DNA of 63,107 bases, counting the filler, from Octopus bimaculoides (taxonomy: Eukaryota): the NCBI RefSeq assembly GCF_001194135.2. It is 5 parts of 5 records of this genome, joined end to end, with 100 filler letters (N's around TTAATTAATTAA, not from the genome) between each part and the next. Parts side by side here need not be neighbours in the genome. Positions count along the whole stretch, not along the records: positions 1 to 29,442 come from NC_068982.1; positions 29,543 to 43,534 come from NW_026327786.1; 3 more parts are not named here. The stretch is one strand, 5' to 3'. The position numbers and the translations under genes were made by a program. How positions within the stretch are numbered: the first letter of the stretch is position 1; each line of letters starts with the position of its first letter. Below, one piece after another: positions 25,207 through 37,941 of the stretch. The notes beneath the pieces were generated by a model. That model did no database searches. It was not told where the DNA came from and was given only the letters and a program-made list of their open reading frames with translations.

Positions 25207-26099
25207 TACTAGTGATCTCTGGGAGAGACACAAAGTGTTAGAAAAGCTGATTGTGAACGAATGTTCCTATCATTTTTGATGTATTGTAAATGAGAGCGAT
25301 AGGTCGATAGTTAGTGAATTTAATCTTGCTGCTCTTGGGAATGGGACGTACCGTCAGAAAATAGCGTGTTTCTAAAGATCAGGATGGATCCCTAAAGAAA
25401 GTGAAAGAATTCAGTGAGGATAGAGGATAGCTCATGGGTGCACTATTTGAGCATAATGGAAAATATAGGTTATGTCATGCTGTCGATTTCTAGAAAGAAC
25501 GGAATAGATAAACTGGTAGACACTTGGATGTGAGACAACCCTATAAATCCAGGTGGTGTTTACTTGGGATTTTAAATAAGGATCTATATCTTCATGGAAG
25601 TACCGACTAACATCCATATTCCCTGGAAAAAGATGAGTTGTGAGCATTATTCTCACGCCTGTATTCTACCTTTACTCACCACTAACTAGAAAATTTCAAA
25701 ACTTCGTAGTAAGTTAACAGAAAAAACAAAGAAATACGTGAATTCTATGCAGCTTTTTTCCTTATAATTTCTTAGCCACCGGAGATATTTTCGTACTCGG
25801 GAAGTATATGTCTACGATGGAGTGAAGAAAGAAAATTATGGAAGAGTCTTGTTGAATGTGTGAATTGTGGAGCTAGAAGAAAAGCAATAAGGTGGGAAAC
25901 TTCGCATGTGTACCGCATACGCAACCATCTTGGCAGGAAGACTTTGCGAAGTTGAAAGGGACACTCTAGAAAAAGGTAGTCCGACAGGATTTGTGGACTT
26001 GAGTAGATTTTCTTCTTCTTCTTCTTCTTCTTCTTCTTCTATATACATATATACGACGGGCTACTTACCACACAGCCACTCCTGCGATTATTTATATAT

Positions 26100-26720
26100 A
26101 TAATTTTTAAAATGTGTAGTAAATAAACGAACATATACTAAATACACAGGCAAACAGAAATCGCAGAAGGTTACCAACTCTTCATCAGTTATCGGCCAGA
26201 GGGGTCAAACGCAATTTCAGCCCTTATCGATAGTATTGATTCCACTCTGGAGACACCGACAAGAAACTTGCCGGAGACGGTACCAAAAACAGAACAAAAC
26301 GAGGCGGGCTCGAGACAAGACCGTTAGCGGAGGGACGAGGGACAAAATAAACAGAATAAAGGCTTAGAACCATACGAAGACAACGATTAATAATGATGAT
26401 ACATATACAAAACAAAAAAAAATGGTGTGTTTAACCTCGTGTCGCGGACAAAATTACAAATGTTCTTGCCGCGGAGAATGGTCGGAGAATGGTCATAGAC
26501 ACTAGCTGCAGTATCCACCCCATCACGCAGGCCTCATTTCTCGGACGGACCGCATTTATCCGGGAACAACTGATGAAGGGAATGTTCATTTTGTTGCATG
26601 TCTCGTTTCTCTGTTTTGTTTTTTATCGTTGTTCAAAAAAGGTTCGTTTTCTATGTTATTGTCTTTCATGTTCTCGTTTCCCATTCTGTCCACGTTTTTT
26701 GATGCCCTGTACCCATATAT
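26100..26720. mobile_element. Possible Penelope-like terminal sequences in inverted arrangement
   Basis: AACTGATGAAGAG on the minus strand (~26178-26192) and AACTGATGAAGGG on the plus strand (~26568-26580). The latter resembles the minus-strand motif at ~28676-28692. Confidence 0.3.
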
Positions 26721-26777
26721 GCATGCATATATACATAAATATGTCTGTACATATATGTATGTATACATGCATATATT

Positions 26778-26821
<44 letters not shown>

Positions 26822-27649
26822 NNNNNNNNNNNNNNNNNNNNNNNNNNNNNNNNNNNNNNNNNNNNNNNNNNNNNNNNNNNNNNNNNNNNNNNNNNNNNNN
26901 NNNNNNNNNNNNNNNNNNNNNNNNNNNNNNNNNNNNNNNNNNNNNNNNNNNNNNNNNNNNNNNNNNNNNNNNNNNNNNNNNNNNNNNNNNNNNNNNNNNN
27001 NNNNNNNNNNNNNNNNNNNNNNNNNNNNNNNNNNNNNNNNNNNNNNNNNNNNNNNNNNNNNNNNNNNNNNNNNNNNNNNNNNNNNNNNNNNNNNNNNNNN
27101 NNNNNNNNNNNNNNNNNNNNNNNNNNNNNNNNNNNNNNNNNNNNNNNNNNNNNNNNNNNNNNNNNNNNNNNNNNNNNNNNNNNNNNNNNNNNNNNNNNNN
27201 NNNNNNNNNNNNNNNNNNNNNNNNNNNNNNNNNNNNNNNNNNNNNNNNNNNNNNNNNNNNNNNNNNNNNNNNNNNNNNNNNNNNNNNNNNNNNNNNNNNN
27301 NNNNNNNNNNNNNNNNNNNNNNNNNNNNNNNNNNNNNNNNNNNNNNNNNNNNNNNNNNNNNNNNNNNNNNNNNNNNNNNNNNNNNNNNNNNNNNNNNNNN
27401 NNNNNNNNNNNNNNNNNNNNNNNNNNNNNNNNNNNNNNNNNNNNNNNNNNNNNNNNNNNNNNNNNNNNNNNNNNNNNNNNNNNNNNNNNNNNNNNNNNNN
27501 NNNNNNNNNNNNNNNNNNNNNNNNNNNNNNNNNNNNNNNNNNNNNNNNNNNNNNNNNNNNNNNNNNNNNNNNNNNNNNNNNNNNNNNNNNNNNNNNNNNN
27601 NNNNNNNNNNNNNNNNNNNNNNNNNNNNNNNNNNNNNNNNNNNNNNNNN

Positions 27650-27701
<52 letters not shown>

Positions 27702-28484
27702 GGGGGGTTACAGAATAATAGATATGCAGACAGGTATTTTATTTGTTTACGAACAAGTAAATAGACAAAAGCCGACCGACATGACAGACAGATAAACCAA
27801 TATGTAGAGTGACTGCGAAAGATAATAATGAGGAAAACGAGAGATAAACTGTGACAGACAATTCAGTGAGTAAATAAATAATTGTAATAATAGACGGTCG
27901 GGTACACCCATCTTCACAAACATATATTGGTAAACGTGCTTACACGCCTACACACATGCGTGCGCGTTCACACAGAGAGAGACACGTATGTATGTATATG
28001 TGAATGTATGCATGTATGGGTGTGTATATATATGTANNNNNNNNNNNNNNNNNNNNNNNNNNNNNNNNNNNNNNNNNNNNNNNNNNNNNNNNNNNNNNNN
28101 NNNNNNNNNNNNNNNNNNNNNNNNNNNNNNNNNNNNACACACACACACACACACACACCACATCACACACACCACACACATACACACACGCTCACATAAC
28201 ATACGTAGCACATACGTTGGGAGGGGTTTCCAAAGATTGGATTCGACAGGTTCGTACGACCTTCCTCGGCTAAATATGTGTGACTATGTGATTGTGTGTA
28301 CATACAAACACGAATTATACAGCTAACACTGAATCCATTTTAATACCTGAGAACGCAGCGCTGTCGATGTCCAAGACACACCCATGCATTCTGTCAAATC
28401 ATCTATTATGTTTGCGTACATTCGTACATACATACGTATATATGTATGTATGTATATATATACCTATGTATGTATGTATGCATG

Positions 28485-28515
<31 letters not shown>

Positions 28516-28789
28516 TAATACAAATAATATGTGAGTATATGCATATATACGTACATGTATGTACATACCTACATCTACATGTATATACAGATGCATATCT
28601 GGGTAGAGGACGTGGCAAAAAACGTGGACAAAATGATAAACAGAGTACAGAAAACACACAGGCCACGTAGAGAACATTTCCTTCATCAGCTGCCACCATT
28701 CTAAAACTAAGCGTTTCGAAGAGTTATGTATGTATGTATGTATGTATGTATGTATGTAGGTAGGTAGTCTCTATTTTTTAATTATTATA

Positions 28790-29300
28790 AATCTTCCACT
28801 GAGGAGGGAGCCGGTTTTCAACAAAGATACGAGGCTCCATCATTTGGATGTAGTTAACACAAACAAATTCACATTTGGAACTTGAGAAAAGTCTTGCATA
28901 TTTTTACTGTTCCACTCACAGATTTCACTTGTAATGTACGAATTTGTCGGTCGATTTCTCTTTCTGAAAATCACAGTTTATCCAATTTCTCCTTTAATAA
29001 TTTACTAACAAAACCTAGTGCTCCAATTATTATTGGTATGAATATGAATTCATTGTCTGGATATAGAAGCTGGAGGTTTCGAAGCAGTTGTCCATAGATA
29101 TCCTCTTTTTCTTTGATTTTCAACGAGATATTTGTATATTCAGGGCAGCTAACCTCTATGATGGTACATACCTTTGCCCCTCTGTCCCAAACAACAATGT
29201 CTGGCGTATTATGCTTACATTTGACAGAAGTTTTGATGGGAATATTCCATCAGAATTCCTTGAGCTGGTGTTTATGAATGAATTCCGTAAAAGAGGGCTT
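28790..29300 (-). pseudogene. 3' end of an RLE-type non-LTR retrotransposon (R4/NeSL/HERO-like)
   Basis: Minus frame: WNIPIKTSVKCKHNTPDIVVWDRGAKVCTIIEVSCPEYTNISLKIKEKEDIYGQLLRNLQLLYPDNEFIFIPIIIGALG..LQVKSVSGTVKICKTFLKFQM*. PD..E.K nuclease motif; internal stops; stop codon at 28869. Confidence 0.85.
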
Positions 29301-29378
29301 TTCTAAGTTTATTTCAGGACAGTCTGTCTGTCTGTCTGTATGTATGTATGTATGTATGTATGCATGTGTATACATACA

Positions 29379-29442
<64 letters not shown>

Positions 29443-29559
29443 NNNNNNNNNNNNNNNNNNNNNNNNNNNNNNNNNNNNNNNNNNNNTTAATTAATTAANN
29501 NNNNNNNNNNNNNNNNNNNNNNNNNNNNNNNNNNNNNNNNNNTGTTTTGCACAAGCATT

Positions 29560-29786
29560 TCTATAGCCAATTACACGGATGAAATTAACGTATGCTTAAT
29601 AATTTTACGCAAAACAACCTTCAGACTTTCCCTATTAATTTCATCGTCTTTTGAATTATGAACATATTTACATCAAAAGGGTTTTTTCGTTGTAAGGCTT
29701 TCTTTTTTAGTTGATTTTCACCTAGCAAGACTTTTCGTAGATGGCATAATAAGTCACACTCGGACAAGGTCGGGTTATACTGCTAG
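29560..29786 (+). mobile_element. Possible Helitron-like 3' end
   Basis: Ends ..CGGACAAGGTCGGGTTATACTGCTAGT before (TA)n. CTAG terminus present; subterminal hairpin degenerate. Confidence 0.3.
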
Positions 29787-29945
29787 TATATATATATACA
29801 TATATGACCGCGAGCCGAGGCTAGAAAACACGGCACCATACTGTGGGACTGAACCTGGAACCATGTGATTAGGAAGCATCCCTCTTCAGCACACATTGCG
29901 ATTGCTTCTACTGTATATTTCCAAAGTAGAGACATTAATCCATCT

Positions 29946-29962
29946 GATATATATATACATAC

Positions 29963-30013
<51 letters not shown>

Positions 30014-30096
30014 CATATATATATATATACATACATATATATATACATATGTATATAATCCAGAATATATATATATATATATATATNNNNNNNNNN

Positions 30097-30136
<40 letters not shown>

Positions 30137-30193
30137 TTACATTTCTGTAAATACACATGTATATATAAATATGTATATGTGAATATACATATA

Positions 30194-30237
<44 letters not shown>

Positions 30238-30553
30238 GTGTATTCATATAATAGAGATCATGAACACATTAATTCGCTGAGAGGAGCTCCATTCTCCATA
30301 AACATTCAAATGTATTCGTTTTTCCTGGTAGATATAATATTATAGCGTGGCAGAAAAACTGCAGATAACACTAATTGTTCCGTGGCGAAAATGGTTTATG
30401 TAAATCATATACACAAACATACAATTACTGACAGACACGCAAACATACACACACATATATACATACACTCGGAAGACGTTAATCTATTTATTGTAAATAT
30501 GAAGCGCTTATCAACCTATTATACGCAAACGTGTCAACATATATGTATGTATA

Positions 30554-30617
<64 letters not shown>

Positions 30618-30979
30618 TATATACATATACATATATACATATATATATACACACATATATATATATATAGATACGTACATATATATACATATATACAAGT
30701 GTATATATTTATACACACACACACACATATGTATATATACTCACACACAGTATACGCATGTACGTATGTATGTGTATATGTATGTGTGTGTATGTATGTA
30801 TGTGAATATCGTATATACATATACATATATGTGTGTGTGCGCGTTTCTGTGTGTGTGTGTGTGTGTGTGTAAATCTCAATACTTGTATATGTGTTAGATA
30901 GATGCATATTTATGAAGTTGTCCATACATATATGCTCATATTTACAGACACACACACTAGTGTGTGTATAAATAAATAA

Positions 30980-31060
<81 letters not shown>

Positions 31061-31300
31061 TCTACATTTATGCATATTCATGCATGCATCTATGCATATA
31101 GTTACATGTATACGCAACCATATGCTTATGGCCATATATATGTTTACGTACATACATGAATACATATTTATGCTCATATACGCATATCCTTACGTATATA
31201 CCCTTACACATTTAGATGCATAGCTATACATACATGGAAATATATTTCAAATACATATACATACATTTTTCTGATCCCGCTTCCATATATACATGTATAT
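29946..31300. repeat. Compound (TA)n/(TG)n/(TACA)n microsatellite field
   Basis: Direct. Confidence 0.95.
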
Positions 31301-31308
31301 ATATATCG

Positions 31309-31617
31309 TGGTACTCCGTCGATTACGACGAGGAGGGTCCTAGCTGATATGACTAACGGAACAGCTTGCTCCTGTAATTAACGTGCAAGTGGCTGAGTAC
31401 TCCACAGACATACGTACCCTTAACGTAGTTCTCAGGGAGAATGTGACAAGGCTGGCCCTTTAGAATTACAGGTACAATCCATTTTTGCCAGCTGAGTGGA
31501 CTGGAGAAACATGGAAGTAAAGTGTCTTGCTCAAGGACACAATGGGTAGAGGGGAATTGAACTCAGGACATTACGATCGGGAGCCGAATACCCTAACCAC
31601 TCGTCCACGCACCTTCA
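31309..31617 (-). mobile_element. SINE head B + tail X
   Basis: Homology to 1163-1478. Confidence 0.85.
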
Positions 31618-31652
31618 CTACACATACATACATGCATACATACATACATATA

Positions 31653-31687
<35 letters not shown>

Positions 31688-31937
31688 TTTATTTTGCTTG
31701 AAAGAGTTCCAACACTGTCTGTTTTTTATGTTTTATTTATATTCCTGCAGAACTAATGTGGGGTATAGAATATGGAATATACAATATATAATATGATATA
31801 CAATATACAATATAAAATAAAATAAAATAAAAATGGATGGCACCATGAAAGAAAGTATTGAATGTAGATGAAATATTGAGTGTTCAATATAAAGGATCAA
31901 ATATATAAATATATAAATATAAATATATATATATAAA

Positions 31938-31977
31938 GGCGACTCGAGTTTCAGGGCTATTTCCCTTCGTCATGGCC
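31938..31977 (-). ncRNA. Minimal type-I hammerhead motif with a 1-nt core lesion
   Basis: Minus: GGC-C(A)TGACGA-AGGG-AAATAG-CCCT-GAAA-CTCGAG-TC-GCC. Palindromic stem III ACTCGAGT and GUC site. Flanked by TA-rich runs on both sides. Confidence 0.7.
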
Positions 31978-32331
31978 GGTATATATATATATATANNNNN
32001 NNNNNNNNNNNNNNNNNNNNNNNNNNNNNNNNNNNNNNNNNNNNNNNNNNNNNNNNNNNNNNNNNNNNNNNNNNNNNNNNNNNNNNNNNNNNNNNNNNNN
32101 NNNNNNNNNNNNNNNNNNNNNNNNNNNNNNNNNNNNNNNNNNNNNNNNNNNNNNNNNNNNNNNNNNNNNNNNNNNNNNNNNNNNNNNNNNNNNNNNNNNN
32201 NNNNNNNNNNNNNNNNNNNNNNNNNNNNNNNNNNNNNNNNNNNNNNNNNNNNNNNNNNNNNNNNNNNTTTTTTTTTTTTTTTTTTTTTTTTCAGCTTTAT
32301 ATTACATTAATCTTAATCTTAATCTTATTTC

Positions 32332-32376
32332 GGCCAGAGTTCTTTCGTCACACTTCTGTGACCTCATCAGTGGTCC
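32332..32376 (-). ncRNA. Near-intact minimal type-I hammerhead ribozyme
   Basis: Minus: GGACCA-CTGATGA-G-GTCACA-GAAG-TGTGAC-GAAA-GAAC-TC-TGGCC. Intact core boxes, 6-bp stem II, stem I CCA/TGG and CUC site. Stem III AGAACTCT is one change from the palindrome AGAGCTCT. Confidence 0.8.
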
Positions 32377-32864
32377 TTTGTTTCCTTATATATATATATA
32401 TGTATATAGCACCACCTGATGGGATTATCTAAATCCTTTTTAAGTCAAGTTTCAGTTATGGCCCATTCAAGTGGTGAGTTTTTCTTGAGTGAGTTGTATC
32501 CAGGTATGGGTTGCTTGTCTGGTATTCCTTGAAGAAATCTGCAATTTATGACCGAAACAATATATATAGGTGCAGGTGTGGCTATGTGGTAAGAAGATTG
32601 CTTCCCAACCACATGGTTTCGGGTTCAGTCCCACTGCGTGGCACCTTGAATGTCCTCTATATGCTCACGCTACACACAGACACACACACACACACGCACA
32701 GACACACACACATATATAATAAGAAGAGGGATATGATATCTATGCAGATATGGAATTTCTCTTAGTAAAATGTCAAGGTTGGTTCCTTCTGCGGTTTTTG
32801 GTAATGTACGTTCCCCTCGCATCCGATGTTCCAGTTTATTTCTGGGCTACTTAGAATGTAAGGT

Positions 32865-32987
32865 ACAACATTGTTTTCTACACTTGGCACAAGGCCCGAA
32901 ATTTTTGAGGAGGGAGCCAGTCGATTAGATCGTCCCCAGTACGCAACTGGTACTGAATTTATCGACCCCGAAAGGATGAAAGGCAAA
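32865..32987 (-). mobile_element. SINE type C, 3' part (rest in gap)
   Basis: ATCGACCCCGAAAGGATGAAAGGCAAA. Confidence 0.85.
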
Positions 32988-33591
32988 NNNNNNNNNNNNN
33001 NNNNNNNNNNNNNNNNNNNNNNNNNNNNNNNNNNNNNNNNNNNNNNNNNNNNNNNNNNNNNNNNNNNNNNNNNNNNNNNNNNNNNNNNNNNNNNNNNNNN
33101 NNNNNNNNNNNNNNNNNNNNNNNNNNNNNNNNNNNNNNNNNNNNNNNNNNNNNNNNNNNNNNNNNNNNNNNNNNNNNNNNNNNNNNNNNNNNNNNNNNNN
33201 NNNNNNNNNNNNNNNNNNNNNNNNNNNNNNNNNNNNNNNNNNNNNNNNNNNNNNNNNNNNNNNNNNNNNNNNNNNNNNNNNNNNNNNNNNNNNNNNNNNN
33301 NNNNNNNNNNNNNNNNNNNNNNNNNNNNNNNNNNNNNNNNNNNNNNNNNNNNNNNNNNNNNNNNNNNNNNNNNNNNNNNNNNNNNNNNNNNNNNNNNNNN
33401 NNNNNNNNNNNNNNNNNNNNNNNNNNNNNNNNNNNNNNNNNNNNNNNNNNNNNNNNNNNNNNNNNNNNNNNNNNNNNNNNNNNNNNNNNNNNNNNNNNNN
33501 NNNNNNNNNNNNNNNNNNNNNNNNNNNNNNNNNNNNNNNNNNNNNNNNNNNNNNNNNNNNNNNNNNNNNNNNNNNNNNNNNNNNNNNNNNN

Positions 33592-33646
<55 letters not shown>

Positions 33647-34052
33647 GTATATATGTGTGTATATATTTACATGTGTACGTGTCTGTGTCTATGTTTATCT
33701 CTCACCACTGCTTGACTACTTGTACTGGTCTGTTTCCGTTCCTGTTGTCTAGCAGTTCGGCAAAAATAACCGATAGAATGGGTATCAGGTTTGAAGACGT
33801 GTACTGTGGTCACTCCATTCGACTGGAAATTGCTGCAAGGTTGTGCCCCAGGATGCCTGCAATTTAATGACCGAAACAAGTAAAAGATAAAAGACACATA
33901 TATGTGTATATATATTTAGTGTAAACAGAATTAGCGGTTATAATAACCAACTAAGGGATAAAATATCCGTATATACTATCAGTATCCGCTACCTGTATTA
34001 TTCTCGGACTTTGGTGTGCAGGAACACTATGCACGCAGTATATATATATAAA

Positions 34053-34089
<37 letters not shown>

Positions 34090-34404
34090 ATAAATAATCG
34101 AATAAATATTTAGATGATCTTTTCCTTAGCAAACGAAAAGAACAAATATCGCGCAAAATTGTTTCGTAACTCAGAAACACGTAAATATCTTATCTAAATA
34201 TTTCTCCATCCTTTATGACTTTAAGCATTCCTTATCTTTTCACTCTTGCATATTGCTAGATATTCCATACGGTTCATACAACGACACATTAGGGAGTTTT
34301 TTTAATGAGTACAACCGGATTATTTGCATCCATACATTGTTACTTAAATATATATATACATATACATACATACTTACATATATATATACATATACATACA
34401 TACT

Positions 34405-34753
34405 GCATAGTGCCAAAGATCCCAGCAATGCCATCGCGCTTCAGGACCAGTAACTGCAACAGCTTGGGATTCAGGGGCCCACAGCTTTTTAATATTCTCC
34501 CAAAGAGCCTGAGGAATCTGCACGAAGTAGATGTAGGAGTTTTTAAATCAAAACTGGACCTCTTCCTATCGAAAGTCCCAGATGAACCTACCTCGCGGCA
34601 GGAGGTGCAAATGAGGGTTGCTAAACCAAACTCCATTCTTCACCAAGTGCCACATATTGTAAGAGGCTCCCTGTAATAACAGCGTAGCAACACGGTGGTG
34701 CATCAGCATGACCGCAGCTGAGCTGAAACTTAAAAAAAAAAAATAATAAATAN
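34405..34753 (+). pseudogene. 3' end of a CR1/L2-group LINE (ORF2 C-terminus, 3' UTR and A-rich tail)
   Basis: RFRTSNCNSLGFRGPQLFNILPKSLRNLHEVDVGVFKSKLDLFLSKVPDEP..*, then a short 3' UTR ending CTGAAACTTAAAAAAAAAAAATAATAAATA. Confidence 0.85.
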
Positions 34754-35077
34754 NNNNNNNNNNNNNNNNNNNNNNNNNNNNNNNNNNNNNNNNNNNNNNN
34801 NNNNNNNNNNNNNNNNNNNNNNNNNNNNNNNNNNNNNNNNNNNNNNNNNNNNNNNNNNNNNNNNNNNNNNNNNNNNNNNNNNNNNNNNNNNNNNNNNNNN
34901 NNNNNNNNNNNNNNNNNNNNNNNNNNNNNNNNNNNNNNNNNNNNNNNNNNNNNNNNNNNNNNNNNNNNNNNNNNNNNNNNNNNNNNNNNNNNNNNNNNNN
35001 NNNNNNNNNNNNNNNNNNNNNNNNNNNNNNNNNNNNNNNNNNNNNNNNNNNNNNNNNNNNNNNNNNNNNNNNATTTT

Positions 35078-35468
35078 TGTTGTTGTTGTTGGCACTCCGT
35101 CGCTTTTGACGTCGAGGGTTCCAGTTGATCCGATCAACGGAACAGCCTGCTCGTGAAATTAACATGCAAGTGGTTGAGCACTCCACAGACACGTGTACCC
35201 TTAACGTAGTTCTCGGAGATTTTCAGCGTGACACACAGTGTGGCAAGGCTGACCCTTTGAATTACAGGCACACCAGAAACAGGAAGTAAGAGTGTGAGAA
35301 AGTTGTGGTGGAAGAGTACAGCAGGGTTCGCCACCATCCCCTGCCGGAGCCTCGTGGAGCTTTAGGTGTTTTCGCTCAATAAACACTCACAACACCCGGT
35401 CTGGGAATCGAAACTGCGATCCTATGATCGCGAGTTCGCTGCCCTCACCACTGGGCCATTGCACCTTC
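35078..35468 (-). mobile_element. Full-length SINE head A + tail X
   Basis: Highly similar to 8119-8492; (CAA)n tail. Confidence 0.93.
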
Positions 35469-35513
35469 GCCTTAGCGAAATACATGCATAAATACATACA
35501 TACATATATACAT

Positions 35514-35958
35514 ACGAGGGAGAGTCAGAAACTATACACATTCCTGTTTTCTCAATGTATTTACACAAAAGCAGGGGATAAAAAAGTACGCCATTTTTCT
35601 ATGTAGTCTCCTTCCTTTTCGATTCACTTGGTCCAGCGGTCCACAAGTTTGCTTATTCCCTCCAAGAAGAAAGTTTTCGATTGGTCGTGCTACTATTTAT
35701 GCGCCGCTACCTTCACATCGTCATCCATAGAAAATGGTCTAATTATACCAAATCATTAATCATACCAGAAGTTTTAATCACTGACTCTGGGGGAGGTATA
35801 ACATTCGACTATAGTCTTTTGTAAAATTATACGCACCCTAGTTTTTTCAATGTATTTACACAAAAGCAGGGGATAAGCAAGTACTTCTTTTTTCTGTATA
35901 GTCTCCTTTATTTTCGATGCACTTGATCCAGCGGGCCACAAGCTTGCTTATTCTCTCC
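35514..35958 (-). mobile_element. Mariner 3' end with the C-terminal segment duplicated
   Basis: Terminus TACGAGGGAGAGTCAGAAA. Minus frame ..KTFFLEGISKLVDRWTK*IEKEGDYIEK. Segment 35545-35660 is repeated at ~35840-35958. Confidence 0.75.
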
Positions 35959-35981
35959 ATATATATATATATATCAGCTGT

Positions 35982-36026
35982 CGAACGCCGACGAAGGGAA
36001 ATAACCCTGAAATCCGGATACGTTCG
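35982..36026 (+). ncRNA. Minimal type-I hammerhead motif (U4>C)
   Basis: CGAACG-CCGACGA-AGGG-AAATAA-CCCT-GAAA-TCCGGA-TA-CGTTCG. Perfect 6-bp stem I, 4-bp stem II, palindromic stem III ATCCGGAT and AUA site. Preceded by (TA)n. Confidence 0.8.
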
Positions 36027-36174
36027 TGCTGCTGATCGAGGTGAGAGGGATAACTTCCCTTGGCAAACAGGACACAGTCGTGTGTCGATAAGCCAGCTGG
36101 AGGAGATATCTTGTTCAATGGAATTAGTCTGGAAGATTATTGTTGCAATTGGTTTTAGTTAGGAACTCGTAACC

Positions 36175-36709
36175 TTGAAGAACATAGCATAAATACATCT
36201 ATAGATAGAGAACTCGGCTACAAATGGCAAGGATTTGTTGGGTACGCAGTTGAAGTGAAAAGTAAAGTGGAGTTGAAGTGAAAGGTAAAGGAAAGACTTT
36301 TTAAGAAGCAGGGTTCTTGAAATCGGTGAGGTATAGAAAAACTCCGCCGAAGAACTTGGCATAAATATAAATATAAATGAAAATTTTTTTACATACACGA
36401 TAGGAGTTTGTTTGGTGGGTTATACCAAAGAATGAAAGGAAAAAAAAAATAATGACATTTGTATGGAAGGTTGTTGTGGCGATCGGAAATAAGAAGAGTC
36501 ATGCAATGTTGAAGAATTTTGTTTAGTTATAAATATAAATGAAGAATTTTTTTTTATAAATATGACAGGGGTTTGTTGGGTGGGGTAGACCAATGGAGTA
36601 GAGGCGAAAAGAAAAGAAAAGAAAAGAAAAGAGAAGATCATTGATCACTTCTTATGAAAGAATTTTTTATGAACGATCACTTTTTATGAAGCAGAGTTCT
36701 TGCAATCCA

Positions 36710-36710
<1 letters not shown>
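36175..36710. repeat. Degenerate ~175-bp tandem units
   Basis: GAAGAA..ATAAAT..GG.TTTGTT(T)GG motif recurs near 36180, 36350 and 36520. Confidence 0.5.
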
Positions 36711-36741
<31 letters not shown>

Positions 36742-37561
36742 NNNNNNNNNNNNNNNNNNNNNNNNNNNNNNNNNNNNNNNNNNNNNNNNNNNNNNNNNNN
36801 NNNNNNNNNNNNNNNNNNNNNNNNNNNNNNNNNNNNNNNNNNNNNNNNNNNNNNNNNNNNNNNNNNNNNNNNNNNNNNNNNNNNNNNNNNNNNNNNNNNN
36901 NNNNNNNNNNNNNNNNNNNNNNNNNNNNNNNNNNNNNNNNNNNNNNNNNNNNNNNNNNNNNNNNNNNNNNNNNNNNNNNNNNNNNNNNNNNNNNNNNNNN
37001 NNNNNNNNNNNNNNNNNNNNNNNNNNNNNNNNNNNNNNNNNNNNNNNNNNNNNNNNNNNNNNNNNNNNNNNNNNNNNNNNNNNNNNNNNNNNNNNNNNNN
37101 NNNNNNNNNNNNNNNNNNNNNNNNNNNNNNNNNNNNNNNNNNNNNNNNNNNNNNNNNNNNNNNNNNNNNNNNNNNNNNNNNNNNNNNNNNNNNNNNNNNN
37201 NNNNNNNNNNNNNNNNNNNNNNNNNNNNNNNNNNNNNNNNNNNNNNNNNNNNNNNNNNNNNNNNNNNNNNNNNNNNNNNNNNNNNNNNNNNNNNNNNNNN
37301 NNNNNNNNNNNNNNNNNNNNNNNNNNNNNNNNNNNNNNNNNNNNNNNNNNNNNNNNNNNACATATACAAACGTACATATATATATACACATATATACATA
37401 CACACTTATACATATACATACATATGTACACATATACATACATATATACACATATACATACATATATACACATATACATACATATATACACATATACATA
37501 CACACATGTATATCTATGTGTATACATATATATCTACTTATACATATAGACACTATATACG

Positions 37562-37608
<47 letters not shown>

Positions 37609-37941
37609 TATATACGCATACATATATATATATATATTGAATGATTCTCAACTGACCGTTATTTCTATATGGAAGATATTGGAAGTAAGATGTTAGCATT
37701 TCGTGGTATTATAACTGACATAGAGAAAAGTATTTTGTTTTTTTTTGTTTGTTTGTGGGGAGGTTAATCACATACCCGATATCAAGAAGAAATATCTTCA
37801 TGATGATATATCAAATTTCTGACATAAAAGAAAGATATATTCTGGAAGAGGTGAGGCACCGTTGCCTGACAGACTTTCGTTTAACGACTTAACTACGTTT
37901 ACCATTTTCGATACCAACCCGCCCAAAATCACTCATGGCCC

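Noticed and set aside
28676-28722. GAAAC...CTGATGA on the minus strand as a type-II hammerhead
   Set aside because: Stems I-III cannot be paired convincingly; more likely a Penelope-like terminal fragment.
29487-29498. TTAATTAATTAA islands inside N runs (also ~43579, ~52767, ~57331)
   Set aside because: The same 12-mer, with stops in all six frames, sits centred in ~100-nt gaps. This is an assembly spacer, not biology.
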